Shown piece by piece: positions 34,459 through 40,379 of a stretch of DNA of 40,379 bases. Positions within the stretch are counted from its first letter, which is position 1. Each line of letters starts with the position of its first letter. The stretch comes from Pyrinomonadaceae bacterium (GTDB taxonomy: Bacteria; Acidobacteriota; Blastocatellia; Pyrinomonadales; Pyrinomonadaceae), in NCBI GenBank assembly GCA_041748715.1, contig JBGTCS010000290.1, positions 1 through 40,379 of the forward strand, read 5' to 3'. Position numbers and translations under genes: made by a program. The notes beneath the pieces were generated by a model, which worked only from the letters and a program-made list of their open reading frames with translations, was not told where the DNA came from and made no database searches.

Positions 34459-35187
34459 ATGATCATACGTTGCGATAATTGCTCTGTTTCATTACAACTG
34501 GACGAATCTAAAATTCCGAGCGGCAATTTCTCCGTTCGCTGTCCGAGGTGTCAGAACCTTCTTCGCGTGCAGAAGGACGCGGCCGGTAAAGGGCTATCAA
34601 CGGTTGACCAGCTTACGGCCAGCCAGCCCGCGGCGTCATCCGGTGACGGTGCTGAGGATTTCGCAGCCAAAGAGTCTGATTTTCAGATAAACAATGCTCT
34701 CAGGTCGCTCATGACGGCCCTCAAATCCGACAAGGCAGCAATGACGGATCAGGAAAGCGAAGAAAAACCTCGCCGGATATTGCTCTGCCTCGGTCAAAAG
34801 GCAGACGAGACGGCAAAACTATTAGCCAAGTCGGGCTACAAGGTTTATGTGGCCCAAACCCCCGCGCAGGCGAATGAGAGACTGCGCGAAGGCAAGACAG
34901 AGATCCTTATCTTTTCGCCGGATTTTGCCGCCGATCTTGGCGGTGCGGCGGTCATACAACAAAAAGCGAATGCGATGTACTCGTCAGAACGGCGGCGCAT
35001 GTATCTCATTTCGCTTGAAGATTCGGGAACCACGATGAATGCCCACGACGCGTTTCTGAGAAATTTAAATCTTATAGTAAATACCAGCGATCTGCCTCAG
35101 CTTCCGCTGATCCTAAATCGGGCCATCGGCGATTATAACGATCTTTACAATTACTTTAATCGGTCCGCCGGCCTTTTGCCGATCTAG
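34459..35187 (+). CDS. Zinc-ribbon (MJ0042-type CxxC...CxxC) protein with a receiver-like C-terminal domain lacking the canonical acidic pocket
   Basis: 242 aa. N-terminus 'IRCDNCSVSLQLDESKIPSGNFSVRCPRCQNLLRV'. The C-terminal part, 'RRILLCLGQKADETAKLLAKSGYKVYVAQTPAQA...EILIFSPDF', resembles a REC fold, but the DD pair after beta-1 is absent. The gene starts 18 nt after the pilT stop. Confidence 0.55.
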   Translation: MIIRCDNCSVSLQLDESKIPSGNFSVRCPRCQNLLRVQKDAAGKGLSTVDQLTASQPAASSGDGAEDFAAKESDFQINNALRSLMTALKSDKAAMTDQESEEKPRRILLCLGQKADETAKLLAKSGYKVYVAQTPAQANERLREGKTEILIFSPDFAADLGGAAVIQQKANAMYSSERRRMYLISLEDSGTTMNAHDAFLRNLNLIVNTSDLPQLPLILNRAIGDYNDLYNYFNRSAGLLPI

Positions 35188-35209
35188 ACGTCGTAAATTC
35201 GCAACCGTT

Positions 35210-36253
35210 CTACATCAACGCTAGTTCACACACGAGCATTTCGATCTGCATTCTGGCGCCTGCGGGACCGCCGCCGCCTTTCGAAGTCTTTATCGCGAGG
35301 TCAGCCTCGGCAAGTCGCTGCAAAGCGGCAGCAAGTTTGGTCGTCTCAGATCGACGAGCGGCTGCGAGAAAGTCATCCTGGCCGCGGCCAAAAAGCTTGA
35401 CGGCCGAGGCAATCTCCGCCCGCGGAGCAGACCGATTCATCATTTCCTTTGCGATCAACAAGCGGCGAAAGTTATAAGAGATTAAACCCAAAAGAGCGAG
35501 CGGTTCGGCACCGTCGTCCAGAATTTTCTTTAACGCTCGCAGCGCATTCGATTTTTTCCCGGCAACAAGATAATCAGTCAGATCAAAGTTTGATATTTCA
35601 CGCGAACTCGGCACAAGAGCCTCGATCAATTCCGGTGTAATCCGGGTCGCGGGCATAGCGGCTGCCGCCAGTTTTTTGACCTCGTTGGTCAAACGGCGAA
35701 CATCCGATCCGACACGCGACAGAAAATATTTAAGTGTCGATTCGTCTATTTCAGCACCGGCATCGACTATTTCCTTTCGCGCCCATTCGGCAAACTGGCG
35801 ATCGTCCAACCGTGCAAATTCAACGGCGGCGGTTTTTTCGCGCAAAAACTTACCCATTTTTCGCACGCCGTTTAGCTCATCGGCGACGAAAATGACCACA
35901 GAATCAGGCGAAGGATTAGCAAGATAGGCGGACAAGATTGGTTCGTGGCTTTCGGTGATCGTGTCGCGAAAACCGGTAGCCGAGATTCTAACGTCCGAAA
36001 TGCGGATCACCCGTCGCGACGCCATCATCGGCATCTGTTCCGCGGCGGCCAAAGCCTTTTTCAGGCTGTCTTCTGAATTCAAGCTAAAACTCGTTTCGTT
36101 AAAATCGCGAAAGTCGCCCTCGGCAAACGAAAGATCTGTTATGGTCTTGGCGGCCAGATCGCGCAGGTGGGTTTCGGGCCCGAAAAGCAGGTATACCGGT
36201 GCTATCTCACGCCGTTTTAGCTGATTCCGCAGATCTTCGCGTGAAAACACCAT
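35210..36253 (-). CDS. holA: DNA polymerase III delta subunit
   Basis: 347 aa. It contains 'IAPVYLLFGPETHLRDLAAKTI' and a helical C-terminal domain '...ALQRLAEADLAIKTS'. It lies directly downstream of an lptE-like gene, which is the classic lptE-holA pairing. Confidence 0.85.
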   Translation of the reverse strand: MVFSREDLRNQLKRREIAPVYLLFGPETHLRDLAAKTITDLSFAEGDFRDFNETSFSLNSEDSLKKALAAAEQMPMMASRRVIRISDVRISATGFRDTITESHEPILSAYLANPSPDSVVIFVADELNGVRKMGKFLREKTAAVEFARLDDRQFAEWARKEIVDAGAEIDESTLKYFLSRVGSDVRRLTNEVKKLAAAAMPATRITPELIEALVPSSREISNFDLTDYLVAGKKSNALRALKKILDDGAEPLALLGLISYNFRRLLIAKEMMNRSAPRAEIASAVKLFGRGQDDFLAAARRSETTKLAAALQRLAEADLAIKTSKGGGGPAGARMQIEMLVCELALM

Positions 36254-36255
36254 AG

Positions 36256-36807
36256 CTATTTTTTCTCTAGTTTGACACCGATGCCATTCACAAATGCGGA
36301 AACGGCGGATTCGGCGAAAGCTCGCGCCATTCGTTCCACGGCCGGGTCCTCTTCGTTAAAAAATGAACGAGGATCGGAGGTGAATTCGAATGAATCGCGA
36401 AAAATAAAGTTTTGATTGTCGTAAAGTATCTTGCTGTCCCTAAGATCGCGGATCGTTACAGCTGTTACAACAGTCACCTCGTATACCCGTGCGCGACCCT
36501 CGCGATCCAGTAATACACCGGAAAAGCTAAAGTCACGGATCGTCCCTTCGAGCACGGCGTCGGCTCCGTCCAGTGAACCTTGAACCTTTAACCCGTTGCC
36601 GCGTCGAATGATCTCTCGACTGACAGCCTCGGTAAATCGGGATTCAATGCGATACCTAAGGCCTTTGGCCTCAAATTGAAATGCTGGAACCGCAACGGTT
36701 TTTATATTCTTTGGCAAGCCGGAATTTGTAACCGGTTTGTAGCAGTCGGTAAATCCTGCTGTGAACAGAAGAGTTAGGAGTAATATCAAAAACGTTAATT
36801 TATTCAT
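36256..36807 (-). CDS. lptE: LptE-like outer-membrane LPS-assembly lipoprotein
   Basis: The start was taken at MNKLTFLILLL (36807). A GTG at 36834 would overlap folP. A signal peptide is followed by Cys ('AGFTDC'). The size, the beta-rich sequence and the position before holA fit LptE. The lipobox is not canonical. Confidence 0.55.
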   Translation of the reverse strand: MNKLTFLILLLTLLFTAGFTDCYKPVTNSGLPKNIKTVAVPAFQFEAKGLRYRIESRFTEAVSREIIRRGNGLKVQGSLDGADAVLEGTIRDFSFSGVLLDREGRARVYEVTVVTAVTIRDLRDSKILYDNQNFIFRDSFEFTSDPRSFFNEEDPAVERMARAFAESAVSAFVNGIGVKLEKK

Positions 36808-36823
36808 CTTTAATGCAGACGGC

Positions 36824-37678
36824 CTAGACGTCACTCTCAGCAGCCATTTTTATCGTGCTGGCGACTTTAACGGCGGCCACGGTTTCCTTAACATCATGGG
36901 CCCGAATGATTTTCGCTCCGTTAAATACGGCAATCGCGGCGCTGGCCAAGCTGCCGCTTAACCGATCTTCAACTCCGACTCCGGTCAGCACTTTGCCGAT
37001 AAATGATTTACGCGAGGCGCCGACCAGGATCGGATGATCTGGAAATTCTGTGACGATTCTATCAAGTTTTCCGAGCAATTCTAAGTTTTGGGCAAAAGTC
37101 TTTCCAAAACCGATGCCCACATCCAGAACTATTTGTTCTCTAACGACGCCGGCGTGATCCGAAGTGGAAATCGCCCTCCGAAGATCGTTTACAACGTCGG
37201 TGAAGATATCGTCCACCGGCGGCTGCGAATGGATGGATTCAAATGTTCCGCGCGAATGCATCAGAACAAGCCCAGCTTTCGTCCGGCCGGCAATTTCAGC
37301 AATACCGCCATCAAAACGCAATCCGGAGATATCGTTGATGATCTCAGCACCCGCGTCGACAGCTAGTCGAGCGACTTCGGATTTGGTCGTATCGATCGAG
37401 ATGGGCACGTCAAAACGCCGGACGATCGCTTCGATCACGGGGATCGTTCGATCGATCTCAGCGCCAACCGAAACGGGTGTGCTTTCCGGTCGCGTCGATT
37501 CGCCACCGATATCGATAATATCGGCTCCCTCCGCCACGATCTTTTCCACTCTTTTTAATGCGTCGTCGACCGACGCATACCGACCTCCGTCCGAAAAACT
37601 ATCGGGCGTGACATTCAGGATCGCCATTACCCACGGGCGATCAAGAAAGAGTAATCTTCGGGATGTTTGCCACTTCAT
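36824..37678 (-). CDS. folP: Dihydropteroate synthase
   Basis: 284 aa. It contains 'ILNVTPDSFSDGG', 'IIDIGGESTRP', 'ISIDT', 'INDISG' and 'VLDVGIGFGK'. It lies downstream of ftsH, which is the conserved ftsH-folP pairing. Confidence 0.95.
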   Translation of the reverse strand: MKWQTSRRLLFLDRPWVMAILNVTPDSFSDGGRYASVDDALKRVEKIVAEGADIIDIGGESTRPESTPVSVGAEIDRTIPVIEAIVRRFDVPISIDTTKSEVARLAVDAGAEIINDISGLRFDGGIAEIAGRTKAGLVLMHSRGTFESIHSQPPVDDIFTDVVNDLRRAISTSDHAGVVREQIVLDVGIGFGKTFAQNLELLGKLDRIVTEFPDHPILVGASRKSFIGKVLTGVGVEDRLSGSLASAAIAVFNGAKIIRAHDVKETVAAVKVASTIKMAAESDV

Positions 37679-37752
37679 CAGCTACCAATGCAAAAAGGAG
37701 AAAAGCTGAATACTTTTCCCCTTTTATTCTTTACAAAAACCACTCACCGAAT

Positions 37753-39669
37753 TTATGCTGTCGCGGGATTATTTCCCGTGATCGGCGGCAGTATCGGTTT
37801 CTTAAACGGTTTCGGATCTGCCTCTTCGGGTGTGCCGTCGTCATCCGTCGTCGACGAGTTATCGGTGTCGAGCGGCAAACCAGCAACGACGCGACGGATC
37901 TGCACGCTGTCGAGCGTCTCGAGTTCAAGCAGGGCCTCAGCCAATCTGATCATTGCGTCCTTATTCTCGTTAATGATCGTTTCGGCCCGCTTGTACTGTT
38001 CCGAGATAATCTTTTGGACTTCCTGATCGATCTTGATGGCCGTATCCTCGGAATAATCGCGATGCTGCGAAATCTCGCGACCGAGAAATATCTGCTCCTC
38101 TTTTTTACCGTACGCAAGCGGCCCGAGGTCGCTCATTCCGTATTCACACACCATCGAGCGAGCAATCTCGGTCGCCTTTTCAATATCGTTAGAGGCTCCA
38201 GTCGTTATGCTGCCGATAAAAATAGCTTCCGCGATACGTCCGCCCATTGACATCGCTATGTTGCCCAACAAATATTCTTTAGTAGCACTTAGGCGATCTT
38301 TTTCCGGCAGGTACATGGTCACGCCGAGAGCCATTCCACGAGGAATGATCGTTACTTTGTGGACCGGATCAACGTGTGGAACCTTGAGTCCGACCAGCGT
38401 ATGACCTGCTTCGTGATATGCAGTAATGCGTTTCTCTTCATCCGAGATAACCATGCTTTTACGCTCGGCACCCATCATCACCTTGTCTTTGGCGATCTCA
38501 AAATCGTTCATCGACACGACTTTTTTATTGTACCGGGCAGCGTTCAATGCCGCTTCGTTAACAATATTTGCGAGATCGGCACCGGTAAATCCGGGCGTTC
38601 CGCGAGCAATGACGTTGACATCAACAGCCTCGTCGAGCGGAATTTTTCGCGTATGAACTTTTAAGATTCCCTCGCGTCCGCGAACATCGGGCCGGCCAAC
38701 GACAACACGTCGGTCGAATCGTCCCGGTCTAAGAAGTGCGGGATCAAGTACGTCAGGCCTGTTTGTCGATGCGACAAGTATCACCCCGTCATTCGACTCA
38801 AAACCGTCCATTTCAACTAAAAGCTGATTGAGCGTTTGTTCACGTTCGTCGTGTCCGCCGCCGAGCCCGGCACCGCGATGACGTCCGACAGCATCGATCT
38901 CGTCGATAAAGATTATGCACGGCGCATTTTTCTTGCCCTGTTCAAATAGATCGCGAACTCGCGAAGCTCCAACACCGACAAACATTTCGACAAAATCCGA
39001 ACCCGAGATCGAAAAGAACGGTACGTTCGCCTCGCCGGCAATTGCCTTAGCAAGCAATGTCTTACCAGTTCCCGGAGGGCCCACCATCAGAACGCCTTTT
39101 GGTATTTTGCCGCCGAGCTTTTGAAATTTTTGCGGATCTTTTAGAAATTCTATTATTTCCTGGAGTTCTTCTTTTGCTTCGTCAACACCGGCAACATCCT
39201 TAAACGTCACCCGTTTTTGCTGATTATTCAAAAGCTTTGCTTTCGATTTACCAAAACTCAGAGCCTTGTTACCACCGGCCTGCATTTGGCGCAAAGTAAA
39301 GACAAGAAAACCCATCAGAAGCAAAAACGGCAGAGCATTTACTAACACCAGCCATCCAAGGCCGCTTGACGGCGGCTCGAGCTTGATCACGGTGTCAGTT
39401 TCCTTAGCGGCGGCAAAGATCTGATCGCGTGTCGAATCGCTGGTATCCAGACGAGCCGACAATTTAGCGTCGCTCATGTTGACCAGCTCCAAGGTGTCTT
39501 GTTTTACCGTAATTTCCTTGATGTCTTTGTTTCGGATCTGCGTTAACGCTGCGTCAAACGGAAGTTCTTTCGGGGGTGAGGTTTGCTTTGTTTGTAAATA
39601 CCAAACAAAAACCAGCGCGCTCGAAATAATCATCAACCACAACATTACTTGTTTTGCTTTTGAACTCAA
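37753..39669 (-). CDS. ftsH: ATP-dependent zinc metalloprotease FtsH
   Basis: 638 aa. It has two N-terminal TM segments, Walker A '[11 protein letters not shown]', Walker B 'IIFIDEIDA', the SRH motif, and the zinc motif 'HEAGH'. Confidence 0.97.
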   Translation of the reverse strand: MSSKAKQVMLWLMIISSALVFVWYLQTKQTSPPKELPFDAALTQIRNKDIKEITVKQDTLELVNMSDAKLSARLDTSDSTRDQIFAAAKETDTVIKLEPPSSGLGWLVLVNALPFLLLMGFLVFTLRQMQAGGNKALSFGKSKAKLLNNQQKRVTFKDVAGVDEAKEELQEIIEFLKDPQKFQKLGGKIPKGVLMVGPPGTGKTLLAKAIAGEANVPFFSISGSDFVEMFVGVGASRVRDLFEQGKKNAPCIIFIDEIDAVGRHRGAGLGGGHDEREQTLNQLLVEMDGFESNDGVILVASTNRPDVLDPALLRPGRFDRRVVVGRPDVRGREGILKVHTRKIPLDEAVDVNVIARGTPGFTGADLANIVNEAALNAARYNKKVVSMNDFEIAKDKVMMGAERKSMVISDEEKRITAYHEAGHTLVGLKVPHVDPVHKVTIIPRGMALGVTMYLPEKDRLSATKEYLLGNIAMSMGGRIAEAIFIGSITTGASNDIEKATEIARSMVCEYGMSDLGPLAYGKKEEQIFLGREISQHRDYSEDTAIKIDQEVQKIISEQYKRAETIINENKDAMIRLAEALLELETLDSVQIRRVVAGLPLDTDNSSTTDDDGTPEEADPKPFKKPILPPITGNNPATA

Positions 39670-39803
39670 TTTATAGCCTCCAGATCTACTCTCATTAGAA
39701 AGTTTATCAACGGTGTTTGATGAATGTAGCGGTCATAGCGTTGTGCCAAAAGCCGCGACCGACGTGTTTCAAACGCCAACCTTTGATTTTAGATGGCTGA
39801 ACG

Positions 39804-40379
39804 TCAATTTTCAAACTTATTTTCGTTATAAACCAACCGCCCGCCCGTTTTGGTAACCTTGCCGCCCGGTAATTCGGTCGTTCTGCCGCTCTTCGAACTA
39901 TGGATCAAACGCTCGACTGCCTCGATATGTTTCAGTTGCAATCGACGTGTATTTCCACGACGGTGTCTGAGCCATGCCCGGATCGTCTCGTAAAGTTGCG
40001 GCTTTTTTAGGGTTTTAATTTCAGAAAGTACAAGATCGTCAGACGCCGCTGTATCGCTATTTATGGAATCTTCCGGCGAGAGGTCCTGCATCAAACTTGC
40101 CGTTTTTGCCAGCGTTTCGATGATCTGCGGATTAAAATCGTGGAGCAGCGGCAAAAGTATTTTTCGGATGCGGACACGCTTGAACGCCGTGTCCTCGTTC
40201 ATGGTGTCGTAACGATATTCAACACCTTGCTCGCGGCAAAATTCTTCGGTATTGATCCGCTTCGCCCATTTTAGGAGTGGACGGATCAGCAAAAGCGGCG
40301 GCGTAATATGAGGCAGCAGCGGATCTTTTGCCGGCTCCGCCTTTTCGATCTGCCGCACTTCCCTCATTCCGGCCAAACC
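39804..40379 (-). CDS. tilS: tRNA(Ile)-lysidine synthase, C-terminal part (5' end lies beyond the window)
   Basis: The ORF is still open at the window edge. It contains 'RVRIRKILLPLLHDFNPQIIETLAKTA' and a C-terminal 'RLQLKHIEAVERLI...GRTTELPGG' domain. It lies upstream of ftsH, as in many genomes. Confidence 0.75.
   Translation of the reverse strand, partial: GLAGMREVRQIEKAEPAKDPLLPHITPPLLLIRPLLKWAKRINTEEFCREQGVEYRYDTMNEDTAFKRVRIRKILLPLLHDFNPQIIETLAKTASLMQDLSPEDSINSDTAASDDLVLSEIKTLKKPQLYETIRAWLRHRRGNTRRLQLKHIEAVERLIHSSKSGRTTELPGGKVTKTGGRLVYNENKFEN

Noticed and set aside
1-40379. A scan for CRISPR arrays, tandem or dispersed repeats, transposase or integrase genes, tRNA and rRNA genes.
   Set aside because: I saw no regularly spaced direct repeats, no transposase- or integrase-like ORF, no cloverleaf-like segments, and no rRNA-like sequence. 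The only repeats are the short inverted repeats reported above.

Overview
The window splits into two parts. About 1-26.4 kb is one large flagellar gene cluster. About 30.9-40.4 kb is housekeeping DNA. A three-gene two-component signalling module (26.4-30.4 kb) lies between them.

The late-gene block reads flgK-flgL-fliW-csrA-[motA/motB-like pair]-fliC-flaG-fliD-fliS-flgN/fliT-like. From memory, this order resembles Bacillus, but with a stator pair inserted between csrA and the flagellin gene. A divergent NtrC-type sigma-54 activator follows. After it comes a tightly packed operon, flgB-flgC-fliE-fliF-fliG-fliH-fliI-fliJ-fliK-flgD-flgE. Next is a second motA-motB pair, and then fliL-fliN-fliO-fliP-fliQ-fliR-flhB.

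Promoter-like motifs can be read directly from the sequence:
- Near-consensus sigma-54 (-24/-12) elements lie about 25 nt upstream of flgB and fliL.
- Sigma-28 type TAAA-N15-CCGATA elements lie upstream of fliC, fliS and the second motA.

Several points of synteny and sequence are unusual:
- No fliM between fliL and fliN, and FliN is only 88 aa.
- No flhA after flhB; a soluble PAS hybrid histidine kinase sits there instead.
- FlgD is only 90 aa.
- There are two stator sets.
- A tandem pair of response regulators has non-catalytic HD-superfamily outputs: a degenerate HD-GYP and an HDOD.
- A unit bounded by a sigma-28 promoter and a terminator lies between flgE and motA. It could be a small RNA or an attenuator.

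The housekeeping part contains queA, a GNAT acetyltransferase, thiE, an orphan pilT-family ATPase with a zinc-ribbon/pseudo-receiver partner, and on the minus strand holA, an lptE-like gene, folP, ftsH and a partial tilS. The lptE-like gene suggests a diderm host.

I saw no rRNA, tRNA, CRISPR array or mobile element. All calls rest on motif recognition by eye; no database search was possible.
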